Source: Octopus sinensis
Lineage: Eukaryota
Direction: 5' to 3'
DNA: 22,268 nucleotides
Assembly: GCF_006345805.1 (NCBI RefSeq)
Contig: NW_021836727.1
Span: 1 to 22,268, forward strand
The notes below the pieces were generated by a model that was not told the DNA's origin, did not search any database, and saw only the letters and a list, made by a program, of their open reading frames with translations. The translations under genes were made by a program, and so were the position numbers. Positions 1 through 11,540 of the stretch are shown one piece after another; positions within the stretch are counted from its first letter, which is position 1, and each line of letters opens with the position of its first letter.

Positions 1-2617
1 ACTTGACCGGAGACACAAGGTAAGATAATGTGTTGAGGATATAGTAACTAAGGATATTAACGGAACTCCGCCTAGACACCAATATAAAGTGAGGAATATA
101 AAGTAGAAGACGCAGTGGGACTTACTTGACCCGGAGACACAAGGTAAAGATAAATGTTGAGGATATAGTAACTAAGGATATTAACGGAACTCGCCTAGAC
201 ACCAATATAAAGTGAGGAATATAAAGTAGAAGACGCAGTGGGACTTACTTGACCCGGAGACACAAGGTAAAGATAAATGTTGAGGATATAGTAACTAAGG
301 ATATTACGGATCGCTATACACCAATATAAAGTGAGGAATATAAAGTATAAGACGCAGTGGACTTACTTGACCCGGAGACATGTAAAGATAAATGTTGAGG
401 ATATAGTAACTAAGGATATTAACGGACTCGCCTAGACACCAAATCTAGTGAGGAATATAAAGTAGAAGACGCAGTGGGACTTACTTGACCCGGAGACACA
501 AGGTAAAGATAAATGTTGAGGATATAGTAACTAAGGATATTAACGGAACTCGCCTAGACACCAATATAAAGTGAGGAATATAAAGTAGAAGACGCAGTGG
601 GACTTACTTGACCCGAGACACCAGGTAAAGATAAATGTTGAGGATGTAGTACATAAGGATATTAACGGAACTCGCCTAGACACCATAAAGTGAGGAATAT
701 AAAGTAAAGACGCAGTGGGACTTACTTAACCCGGAGACACAAGGTAAAGATAAATGTTGAGGATATAGTAACTAAGGATATTAACGGAACTCGCCTAGAC
801 ACCAATATAAAGTGAGGAATATAAAGTAAAGACGCAGTGGGACTTACTGACCCGAGACCACAAGGTAAAGATAAATGTTGAGGATATAGTACTAAGGATA
901 TTACGGAACTCGCCTAGACAACCCATATAAAGTGAGGAATATAAGTAGAAGACGCAGTGGGACTTACTTAACCCGGAGACACAAGGTAAGATAAATGTTG
1001 AGGATATAGTAACTAAGGATATTAACGGAACTCGCCTAGACAACCAATATAAAGTGAGGAATAAAAGTAGAAGACGCAGTGGGACTTACTTGACCCGAGA
1101 CACAAGGTAAAGATAAATGTTGTATATAGTAACTAAGGATATTAACGGAACTCGCCTAGACACCAATATAAAGTGAGAGATAAAGTAGAAGACGCAGTGG
1201 ACTTACTTGACCCGGAGACACAAGGTAAAGATAAATGTTGAGGATATAGTAACTAAGGATATTAACGGAACTCGCCTAGACACCAATATAAAGTGAGGAT
1301 ATAAAGTAGAAGACGCATGGGACTTACTTGACCCGGAGACACAAGGTAAAGATAAATGTTGAGGATATAGTAACTAAGGATATTAACGGAACTCGCCTAA
1401 CACAATATAAAGTGAGGAATATAAAGTAGAAGACGCAGTGGGACTTACTTGACCCGAGACACAAGGTAAAGATAAATGTTGAGGATATAGTAACCTAAGG
1501 ATATTAACGGAACTCGCCTAGACACCAATATAGTGAGGAATATAAAGTAGAAGACCAGTGGGACTTACTTGACCCGGAGACACAAGGTAAAGATAATGTT
1601 GAGGATATAGTAACTAAGGATATTAACGGAACTCGCCTAGACCACAATATAAATGAGGAATATAAAGTAGAAGACGCAGTGACTTACTTGACCCGGAGAC
1701 ACAAGGTAAAGATAAATGTTGAGGATATAGTAACTAAGGATATTAACGGAACTCGCCTAGACACCAATATAAAGTGAGGAATATAAAGTAGAAGACGCAG
1801 TGGGACTTACTTGACCCGGAGACACAAGGTAAAGATAAATGTTGAGGATATAGTAACTAAGGATATTAACGGAACTCGCCTAGACACCAATATAAAGTGA
1901 GGAATATAAAGTAGAAGACGCAGTGGGACTTACTTGACCCGGAGACACAAGGTAAAGATAAATGTTGAGGATATAGTAACTAAGGATATTAACGGAACTC
2001 GCCTAGACACCAATATAAAGTAGAAGACGCAGTGGGACTTACTTGACCGGAGACACAAGGTAAAGATAAATGTTGAGGATATAGTAACTAAGGATATTAA
2101 CGGAACTCGCCTAGACCCAATATAAAGTGAGGAATATAAAGTAGAAACGCAGTGGACTTACTTGAACCCTGAGACACAGGTAAAGATAAATGTTGAGGAT
2201 ATAGTAACTAAGGATATTAACGGAACTCGCCTAGACAACCAATATAAGTGGGAATATAAAGTAGAAGACGCAGTGGGACTACTTGACCCGGACACAATGT
2301 AAAGATAAATGTTGAGGATATAGTAACTAAGGATATTAACGGAACTCGCCTAGACACCAATATAAAGTGAGGAATATAAAGTAGAAGACGCAGTGGGACT
2401 TACTTGACCCGAGACACAGGTAAAGATAAATGTTGAGGATATAGTAACTAAGGATATTAACGGAACTCGCCTAGACACCAATATAAAGTGAGGATATAAA
2501 GTAGAAGACGCAGTGGGACTTACTTGACCCGAGACACAAGGTAAAGATAAATGTTGAGGATATATAACTAAGGATATTAACGGAACTCGCCTAGACACCA
2601 ATATAAAGTGAGGAATA
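1..2617. repeat. Tandem satellite array, 123-bp monomer, about 21.7 copies, continuing beyond the left edge
   Basis: Monomer ACTTGACCCGGAGACACAAGGTAAAGATAAATGTTGAGGATATAGTAACTAAGGATATTAACGGAACTCGCCTAGACACCAATATAAAGTGAGGAATATAAAGTAGAAGACGCAGTGGGACTT repeats head to tail. TATTAACGGA recurs at 1741, 1864 and 1987 (period 123). The array ends mid-monomer at about 2617 (..GTGAGGAATA). Confidence 0.98.
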
Positions 2618-2727
2618 AGCGACATAATATTTAAAAGACAAATGGGATAAACACGTTGTGCAACACCGAAAACATTCAGTGTAGACGCTACACCGAACGG
2701 ATAATTAACCCATAGATTTAGGAAAGC

Positions 2728-3176
2728 TTTTCTTGTCTTGTCTTGAGACAGCATTCACCCGGGGTAGGTTGAGTTGGGTTCATTCATCCTCAATGCAGCA
2801 TCTCTCACAAACGCCGACCAGGCCTGGCGATTTAAGGCTAACGACCGCGTGATCTCCGACCACCGCGAACTCCGTAGACATGGGGTGCTAAGTTGTGTTC
2901 CAGATCAGCCTTGACTGTCATCAGCCAGGTTTTTCGTTGTCCACCACATCGTTTTCGCCAACCCTGAAGGGGAGCTGGGGCAATTGCTTCGTAGATGAAT
3001 TTTCCTGGTTGACGACGGAGGGCAGGACCCAGCCAACGGAGACGTCTCGTTAGGATGACTTGTCGGAGGGAGGTGATTTTGCACTGGTGTCGCATCGAAT
3101 TGTTGGAGACAAAGCGATGCCATCGGACACGAAGGATGCGGCGTAAACAGAGGTGATCGAATGACTCTAGTCGCTT
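2728..3176 (-). mobile_element. 5'-truncated RTE-clade non-LTR retrotransposon (3' end) with (CAAGA)n tail
   Basis: Minus-strand translation from ~3176 reads KRLESFDHLCLRRILRVRWHRFVSNNSMRHQCKITSLRQVILTRRLRWLG..GWRKRCGGQRKTW. After one frameshift near 2865 it continues WSEITRSLALNRQAWSAFVRDAALRMNEPNSTYPG* (TGA 2755-2757). A short 3'UTR and CAAGA-CAAGA-CAAGA tail follow. These are the typical C-terminal motifs downstream of the RT domain in RTE elements, and a short tandem-repeat tail is typical of the clade. Confidence 0.88.
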
Positions 3177-3908
3177 AAAAGCTGTTAGTGAGGTTACACT
3201 TGAAAGTTAGGTGATAGAATCCAGGACGATCTGTTAGGTCATAAATAGGTTAAAACATACCTCTTTGATAAGACCATGTTACATATAGGAAGTCTGTTGC
3301 TCGTACATCTAGCACTAAGATTTACTATTAAACCAAAAATGCAGTCTACCATTTAAAATGTATGAAGACGTAGTGTAAGAACTCAACTGCGGCATACATT
3401 ATTGAGACTGCTATGTGTTTAGCACAGTGAATGGATGAGAACTGGCGTGATTACCATGATAAGAAGCACGTATTGATACTACTGTATCAACATGCGAAAG
3501 ATAAAGATAATGGCATGCTGAATAAAATAGGTTTTAAAATCCTTTCGACATATCTGTATGACTCATCGTTACGACAAATACTGGAATTTATTCTTATAAA
3601 TGAATGGATACTGTAACTTAATAAGAATTATACGATTAAAATGTGGAAACCACGCCGCCACCCCCAATGCCTGCACGCTGTGATATTAAACACACAACGG
3701 AGATGTGTATGGGAGATAATTTGTTCAATTTGCTTAATGTGAGTGTGCCAAATTGAAGGTGAACAGACATTAAAATTCTTATTTCTTTGAATTGTTAGAA
3801 TAAAAACAGAATGTCACTAATGTATGCATTGTATATTAGGTAGGAACAAAAGTTCGTGCCATTTTCAAGTAAAATTTTAAAACAAAATTTATACATTCGT
3901 ACGTACCT

Positions 3909-4848
3909 TTATTCAACTACATACGTCCCTTTTTATTGCACTACCTTTTGCCATCCTTGAGACAGCTACATGATCTAATTCTCCGAAAACTTGCATCTTT
4001 GTATGACTTGAACTGATCTAAGTGATTTTTATAGTCTTCTAAAGAATTGAAGTTCTTCTACTTAAGAGAATTTTGTAGGGATCGAAATAAATGGTAATCC
4101 GAAGAAACAACGACTGAGCATAGTAAAACACCCCAGCCAAACTTTGCCAATTTCTGCTGAGTCTACCGAAGAAAAGGGACACACTTTTAATAGGCCAGTC
4201 TTGGACGTTTTTCATCGATTGCCACCTGTAATCGAACAATAATTATCTTGATCAACGTGTAATTTTGCGGAAGAAGCTCGTAAAAAAAAAGGCCCTTCTA
4301 ATCCAAACAGATACGAAACAACAACTTTTTAGGATATTGATTGGCTCTGGGAATAATTAAAGGTGGTGTCACTCCACATTGTTGTAAACAATCCATTTTT
4401 CATCACCTATGATCATTCTTTACAAAATGGTTAGTTTTTTTTTGCATTTGTGCAAGAGATCGCAGATAGAAATGCGATCCGTTAAGTTCTTTTTCCTTTA
4501 AATTATGGGACACGTCAAAATTATTGTGATTCACGTATCCAAAAGTATTTAGATGCTATGTAAGGCGTATATGAAGTATGTAACGTTATTCTAAAATGTC
4601 TCGTGTCAGTTGATCTGAATTATTTCTGATTGGCGTTTCAATTTGGTCATCACCAATGACTCTTGAAGTGCATGAACAATCACGGTTTTCCAGGTCAAAA
4701 CTTTCACTCCTGCACCTAGCGAACCATTCATGAACAGTCCTCTCGGTGAGGCGCCAGCTCCACAAACTGTACATAACTTATCTTGGTGTTTTTCTTTTCA
4801 AGAAATAACGATCATCGAATTTCGACAATGTGTCTCATCTTCCTCCAT
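3909..4848 (-). pseudogene. Mariner transposase pseudogene (element 1)
   Basis: Fragments read MEEDETH.., LTERTVHEWFARCRSESFDLE, FYELLPQN, AIDEKRP, DYHLFRSLQNSL, NFNSLEDYKNHLDQF, WQKVVQ*KGTYVVE*. There are many stops and frameshifts, and the HxDNARPH and YSPD catalytic segments appear deleted. Confidence 0.9.
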
Positions 4849-4923
4849 TTTCACTTTTAATGCAAAAACAAAACAAATATACAATCCACTCAGTAATCGT
4901 ACAGAAAGACATGTTAAACTATC

Positions 4924-4954
<31 letters not shown>

Positions 4955-4962
4955 GTGTGTGT

Positions 4963-5001
<39 letters not shown>

Positions 5002-5046
5002 ATTTGTGTGTGTGTGCGCGTGTATGTGTGTGTGCGTGTGTGTGTG
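4924..5046. repeat. (TA)n/(TG)n microsatellite inside the 5' leader of mariner element 1
   Basis: Read directly; lies between the transposase ATG (4848) and the upstream TIR (~5091-5118). Confidence 0.92.
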
Positions 5047-5354
5047 GTATGCTTATGACATTTGTCAAAGAAAACGTTACCAGTTGGAGAACGTTAGGAA
5101 CTTTTGTTCAAATCCAACACACACACACACACGCACGCACTCGCACACACACATACGTATGTATATATGTATGGATAAGAAAATACGATTGGGAATATAT
5201 GCGTATTACAGAATAGAACTCAAAACTTAGTGAACAAATATATAAATTGGACTCAAAGCTTATGTATACATATCCTTTTTTTTATTATATCTCCTCGGCA
5301 GAAATTACGAAAGTAACTTAAGGGCCGTGCGTTTCTTGCATAGCACTTATCAAA

Positions 5355-5467
5355 GTATATGCATATGTATGTATATATGTATGTGTGTGTGTTTGTGTGT
5401 ATGTATATACATGCGTATATTTGCACATGCAATATATATATATATATATACAATATATATATTATTA

Positions 5468-5533
<66 letters not shown>

Positions 5534-5739
5534 CTACATATATATACATATATATATATATTCATATTTAAGCATATATATGTTTATAAATATACACACA
5601 TACACATATATATATATATAATATATAGAATACATGGTGCATACATACATATACATACACACACGCATATATAAACGTTAGATATCGTATATGTTCGCTG
5701 ATAAACTTAAACCTATAATATATATATAATATATATATA

Positions 5740-5804
<65 letters not shown>

Positions 5805-5815
5805 TACACAACACA
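5355..5815. repeat. Compound (TA)n/(TG)n/(CA)n microsatellite field
   Basis: Read directly; source of several spurious YI/IY ORFs. Confidence 0.95.
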
Positions 5816-6177
5816 AACAAAGAATTAAGTAAAAAATATAAGATTAGCGAAAAGGGCAACAAAAAAAAATGAACATGAATTAAAAGAAAAAAAACCCAAG
5901 AGAGGAGGAGACGAGATGATCTTGTTTATTCCATCTGTGTAACAAAATATTTAACGCACACGTTCTTGCAGTGCTCCCAAAGAGGGTATCAATTTGCCGA
6001 AACCTACAGCCGGACTTATTAACTCCGTTGAATTGCAATTAGATTTAGTAAACATATAACAGACATCTCGGAGAAGTTGAGTCGCCACGAAGATTAATTC
6101 TTCTTTCTTTGCTCCGGAATCTGACACCTTCCGTCCCTACGTTCCCTCCATTTTATTTTCTCTTTAGATTTTAGTTT

Positions 6178-6235
6178 TATTTTATTTATTTATTTATTAT
6201 TATTATTGCTACCACCACTACTACTACTACTACTA

Positions 6236-6274
<39 letters not shown>

Positions 6275-6510
6275 CTATTTTGTAAAAAATCTGACTTTAC
6301 TATAAAGTATATGCATAGCAGTATATGTATGTACGTGTATATACATACACACATGCATACATACATGCATACATACATACATATATACATACATACATAC
6401 TTACATACTCAGACACACATGTATGTTTGTATGTGTATGTGTATGAATATATAAATATATATGTACGTACATATGTATACACGAATACATACATATACAC
6501 ATATATGTGT
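6178..6510. repeat. (TTTA)n-(TTA)n-(CTA)n tract followed by a (CATA)n/(TG)n tract
   Basis: Read directly. Confidence 0.93.
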
Positions 6511-7554
6511 AAGTGAGTAGGGATGGTGTTAAAGAATGTTGTATATTTATAAAGATACGATTTATCAATACCCTAATCTTAAATATCAATGACACGATGG
6601 AATTGTTTCTGAAGCGACTTAAACAGCAAATATAATCGTTAAAAAAATATGAAAAAAAAATATGAACAAGCTGATAACCTCGACTTCAAATTGATTAAAG
6701 ATTTCATATTTACATAAAATACAAAATCTCGACAGTGTAAACATAATTATAGTATCGTCTCATGGTGGATACAAAACTATGTTAAACCTAAAAATACGCA
6801 CGTGATCTGTGACCGTCACGTCTTATCTTTTGAAAAAGAACTTTTTTTTTAATTCACCTCATAACCCGCTGTGTTGTTAAGACAGTGCCTTTGTCCCTCC
6901 AATACGGGCCTTTCTATTCTAAGTATTCGAAGCTAGTTCTCTTCTCTGATATCACCCTCAAACTTTGAGGGTCCTGAAAAGGGTAATGTGGGTGGACATG
7001 TTTTTTCTTTTGGTCATTTAGTGAAGAATGAAGTCAGTACCCATGATCTTTAAGGAAGGAGGAATGTATCCACAACCTGGAGGCCTGATCCGAAAGGGTG
7101 CACCAAAGTAACTCAAGGTGCCTGGAATTGGTATTATACTATACATCGTTTTAAGTCTACCACCCGTGTAGGCCAGAGCGGGATTTAGACTAAGAATCCA
7201 ACAAAGCTGAAACAAATACTGAAAGGCGTTCTGCCTAACGTTATTACGTTTCCACCAATCCATCTCGCCCGATTCGTACCTGTTTATGGGCCTCGAAAGG
7301 AATTAAAACTGAAGTTGACCTCGGTAGAATAGAGTACAGATTCAGAATAATTACTGCAAGGTATTCTCCACCAATTCGTCTCCTACCACTCATCCTTTGA
7401 CTAAATCGCAAGAACAAAAAAAAAGAAAACATATTTCCATCACTGGGTGATCATTGTACCTGTTTACAGCTAATTGGCCTGCACTATTAAAGGTAACCTA
7501 TCTTTTCACAGACTACAAGTCCGCAGTTTGTTTTAGGGTGGATTCATTTGACAA

Positions 7555-7650
7555 GTAGATCGACCCGTGACTGGCGCATTTACTGTTGACTCAGGACAAA
7601 GAAGAAGTAGAGGCGACATCAGTGAGATTTGAACGCAAGGCACAAGGGTT
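7555..7650 (-). mobile_element. Highly decayed fragment of tRNA-derived SINE family A
   Basis: GTAGATCGACCCGTGACTGGCGCATTTACTGTTGACTCAGGAC..GAGATTTGAACGCAAG aligns loosely with the better-preserved copies at 7995-8547 and 12400-12611. Confidence 0.55.
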
Positions 7651-7994
7651 GTAAGTAAATGCTAAAAGGTTTTTATTCCTACTTTTTATCGCATCTGTTA
7701 TTCCACTTGAGAGTTGCCTACGTCTATGCAGTCACACAAAACGTTATAAATGAATAATAGAAAAGCTCCTTCAAATTATCCTTTATCTGTTTATATTATT
7801 TTTATAATATTTTTTCAGTTGCGAGAACAGCTGCAATCAACTGCTGCAACACATACCGGGGAAAGTAGGGTTTTTCTAATGGAGAGTTTATGTTATAGCC
7901 GTTGGGTTTCTATTTCATCTACAAAGCAGAAAGTGTATGGTAGTCCATAACACTGGTCTGTCGGTGTATGTACAACCATGAGTCGGCGAACTAG

Positions 7995-8130
7995 CAGTTT
8001 TAAGGGTGAAGCTAAGTCGATTATATCGACCCTAGTGCTCAACTGGTACTCATTTTATCGATCTTGAAATTATGAAAGGCAAATAGCCCTTGGCGAAATT
8101 TGAAATCAGAACGTGAAGACGGAGGAAATA
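7995..8130 (-). mobile_element. tRNA-derived SINE family A, copy 1 of stack (head truncated)
   Basis: Shares GTCGATTA.ATCGACCC.AGTGC..AACTGGTACT..TTT.ATCGA...GAAA..ATGAAAGGCAAA with the adjacent copies. Minus-strand B-box-like GATTTCAAAT. Stops at GAAATA (8125-8130). Confidence 0.8.
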
Positions 8131-8139
8131 ATAATAATA

Positions 8140-8194
<55 letters not shown>

Positions 8195-8337
8195 CCTATC
8201 TACTAAAGGCACAAGGCCTGAAATTTTGGGAAAGGAAACTAACCGATTACTTCAACCCCAGTGCGTAACCCCAAATGATAAAAGGCAAAGTCGACATCGG
8301 TGGAATTTGAAACCAGAATGTAAAGAAGGACGAAATA
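8131..8337 (-). mobile_element. tRNA-derived SINE family A, copy 2 of stack, with (ATT)n tail and internal deletion
   Basis: The (ATA)n tract at 8131-8194 is the minus-strand (ATT)n tail. The body 8195-8337 lacks the CTGGTACT..ATCGA segment present in copies 1 and 3. Also stops at GAAATA (8332-8337). Confidence 0.8.
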
Positions 8338-8547
8338 ATAATAATGATCATTTATAATATAGGCACAAAGCCTGAAATATGTGCGGAGGGGAATAGTCGA
8401 TCACATCGACACAAGTACTTAACTGGTACTTAATTCATCGACTCCGAAAGGATGAAAGGCAAAGTCGACCGCGGCAACATTTGAACTCGGAACACAAACA
8501 CAGACGACATGCCGCTAGGCATTTGGCCCGGTGCTCTCATCGCGTCA
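8338..8547 (-). mobile_element. tRNA-derived SINE family A, copy 3 of stack
   Basis: Same body as copies 1 and 2. Minus-strand B box GAGTTCAAAT at 8479-8488. Retains more of the tRNA-like head (..GCCGCTAGGCATTTGGCCCGGTGCT). Confidence 0.82.
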
Positions 8548-8583
8548 TTAATAATAATAATGATAATAATAATAATAATAATG

Positions 8584-8637
<54 letters not shown>

Positions 8638-8653
8638 TATAATGATAATGATA

Positions 8654-8687
<34 letters not shown>
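8548..8687. repeat. (TAA)n grading into (TGA)n microsatellite
   Basis: Read directly. Confidence 0.95.
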
Positions 8688-8689
<2 letters not shown>

Positions 8690-9114
8690 CAGTAGCAACG
8701 GCGGGATCAAACGTTCGAACCAATCCAAAAACTGTAGTTTCGGTAAGGATGTGATAAGCTATGAGAAGCCTCTGAATAGTGTAGCTATTGGCTATTGAAG
8801 AATCTTTCTTGTTGCAAATTGTTCTGTCGAAGCATTAAAACTGAGAATGGCATTCGGCCAGTGAATGCAGTAGCTATATTGGCATCACTGGCAACAAGAT
8901 AACAGTGGCATTAGGCCAGACAGGCAAATGTACTCGAGTGTGTAACCCTAAATTTAATACCGTTCCACAAGGAATCTATAATTTATAACAGTGCTTTTGT
9001 ACTTCGATTTCTACATATCTGATTGACTCTCTGTGATGTTTCGATAAACTACACTGGAATTAAATGCTTCTGTTTCATTTTATTTTTATTGTATTTAGTT
9101 ATATTATTAATTTA

Positions 9115-9122
9115 TTTCGTTA

Positions 9123-9200
<78 letters not shown>

Positions 9201-9369
9201 GCTATATTTTCTTCTTTAAATATATTTTAAATGCATTCGAGTATCGGTACCGAAATTATCTGCTGTATTATCTCTCTTTCCCACTCTCTCTCTCCTTCTC
9301 TCTTTGTCTCCCACTGTATCTATCTCTCTCTTTCTCAATCTATCTACTATTTATCCATCTATCTGCCTG

Positions 9370-9407
<38 letters not shown>

Positions 9408-9717
9408 ATTTCTGTCTTTCTCACCCCACTCTCTCTCTATCTATCTATCTCCCTGTATCTATCTCTCTAGCTATCTGTCTATCTATATATCTATCTATCT
9501 CACTTTCTCTCACTCACTAATACATCTATTGATCTTCTATGTGTGTGCACGTATATATTTTGATCTGTAATTCTGTTTGGATTTATCAGCATCACTTTCT
9601 ATCTTTCTCTCTCTCTCTCTCTTTCTCTCTCCCCTTCTCTCTCTTTCTCTCTCCCTCTCTCTCTCTCTCTCTCTCGCTCTCAATTTATCTATCTATTTAT
9701 TTATTCTATCTATCTAT

Positions 9718-9756
<39 letters not shown>

Positions 9757-9865
9757 CATATATAGATACATGAATATATACATATACATGTATATATGCA
9801 TATATATATGTGTGTGTTTATATATTTAATATATACATATACATGTATATATATGTATATATATG

Positions 9866-9896
<31 letters not shown>

Positions 9897-9902
9897 TATA
9901 TA

Positions 9903-9936
<34 letters not shown>

Positions 9937-10040
9937 TACACACATTGCAGTCAATAGGTATACATACATACACACGTATACAATATATATCTGTCTATAA
10001 AATCTATTTGTCCCTCTCTCTCTACATTCATACATACATA
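9115..10040. repeat. Microsatellite field: (TTA)n, (CT)n/(CTAT)n, (CA)n, (TA)n, (CATA)n
   Basis: Read directly; short unique stretches are interspersed. Confidence 0.92.
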
Positions 10041-11300
10041 CGAGGGTAGACTGAAAAGTGCATGGGCTGACTATGAAGGAGAGATGCTAGAGCTGTGAAA
10101 TGTTTATGCATAAATTTCAGTCTTTCTTATTAATAATAGCATTGTTTCTTTTGAAATAGACTGAAATTTGATTGTTCGAAGAAGACTTCAAAAGCAAGAA
10201 ATAGTGACTTCTCTTGGAAATGGACAAAATTTGCCGATATGGTGTTATTAATTATTAATACCTGCAGAAAAGGCTTTAGCGCTCCAAGGACATGCATGCT
10301 TATATGGTTGCTGAATTGGGGAGTGATGCTTTAGCTATATCAATAGTAGGCAGCTAAGTTTAGGTGAGGAAGGGAGAGTCTTGAAAATGACACATAGTCT
10401 GGACGTTCTGTAACTGCCTCAATACAGGAAAACATTGATCCCCACATGATGATGTATGACAGGCGATTGACCCATAAATGAAATAGCCAAAGAGATTAAC
10501 ATATCCCATGAGAGAATTGAGAGTATTCTGCACAATGAACCTGGCATGACGAAGGTTTCTGCTCAGTGGGTGCCTTATATTCTGACACATGATCAAAAGT
10601 GTACGAGGCTGATCACGTCTGGGGCAAATCTAACATTGTTTGAGGCAGATCCACCTGGTTTCCTGGAACGTTTCCTAACTCCGGATCAGTGTTGACTTCA
10701 TGAATTTGAGCCAGAGGCAAAGAGAGAATGTATGCAGTGAAAACACCCCTCGTGACTGGTTTCAAAGAAGGCCATGGTCGTTTCATCTGCAGGGAATTTG
10801 ATGGTCCCAGGTTTTGAGGGATGCAAAGGTCATTTTGTTTATTGACTGTTTTCAAACGGGCTACAACATAAACTGCCGAAGCAGTTACGAAAACTATGAC
10901 TACCAAATACTCAGGAAAATTGACGTAAAAGTTCTTGTTTAATCTGGACAATGCGCCAGAATGTAGGTCCTAGGTTTCAATGGTTGCAGTGTGTAACTGT
11001 GGATTTGAACCGGTTGATCACTTATTCTCTTGATTAAGCTCCTTCTGACTATGCTCTGTTCCCCAACATGAAAAAGCACTTAGTTGGGAACCAGTATCAC
11101 AGTGATGATGACTTTTTTTTGACCAACTGGATGGAAGCTTGGGATCCAATCACCAATCACCAATGGGATCAAAGTAACGCAACTCCGAAGGAAGAAGGGT
11201 GTAGACTGCAAAGGAGGTGATGTTGAAAAATAAACCGCGTTTGATCACATTCCATGACAGTATGTTGGTCAGACTATGAACTTTTCAGTCGACACTCGTA
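10039..11300 (+). mobile_element. Near full-length mariner (irritans-like) DNA transposon with TA target-site duplication
   Basis: TA(10039-40)-CGAGGGTAGACTGAAAAGTGCATGGGCTGAC at the left. GTCAGACTATGAACTTTTCAGTCGACACTCG-TA(11299-300) at the right is an imperfect TIR of about 31 bp. Length is ~1.26 kb. The CGAGGG-type terminus is typical of the irritans subfamily (subfamily call is inference). Confidence 0.93.
10220..11233 (+). pseudogene. Mariner transposase pseudogene (element 2)
   Basis: Starts MDKI.. and reads GRESLEND, SGR, ISHERIESILHNEPGMTKVSAQWVPYILTHDQKCTRL, FEADPPGFLERFLT, DNAP, SPSDYALFPNMKKHLVGNQYHSDD, ending ..VEK*. Multiple stops and frameshifts. Confidence 0.92.
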
Positions 11301-11540
11301 CATATATTCGTCCCAACCGATGCTTTACTCCGAGTTTGAAGTGATCAGCATAGAATAAAAGGATAAGGTCTTCTACATGTATACAATAGAAAAGCGAACC
11401 TGACATCACACGTTCTTACAAATGACTGTTTTGGACGGGTACGCGTACATGCGGGTTGTGCTAGTCGATGGTTGTTACTGGTTTTTTGTACCTCGGTCCA
11501 GTTTTCTTTTATTTCTTCCCTTTAGTCAGTGGTCTACGAT

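Larger units (their letters stand above)
3834..5120 (-). mobile_element. Decayed mariner (mellifera-like) DNA transposon retaining both ends
   Basis: TA + TIR TTAGGTAGGAACAAAAGTTCGTGCCATTTT at 3834-3865. A degenerate opposite TIR at ~5091-5118 (reverse complement GTTGGATTTGAACAAAAGTTCCTAA) shares the 12-mer GAACAAAAGTTC. A transposase pseudogene lies between them. Confidence 0.85.

Noticed and set aside
1-2617. Satellite read as a CRISPR array, or its ORFs (795-1043, 2350-2754) read as genes
   Set aside because: Monomers are contiguous with no unique spacers, there are no cas genes and the context is eukaryotic. The ORFs are translations of the repeat.
2722-3183. AAAGCT on both sides of the RTE fragment read as a target-site duplication
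   Set aside because: It is only 6 bp in AT-rich DNA, and the 5' boundary of the element is not exact.
8640-8748. Poly-Asp plus EPVATAGSNVRTNPKTVVS followed by G|GTAAGG read as an exon
   Set aside because: There is no acceptor upstream, only (TAA)n and a SINE, and the acidic run is a (GAT)n microsatellite.
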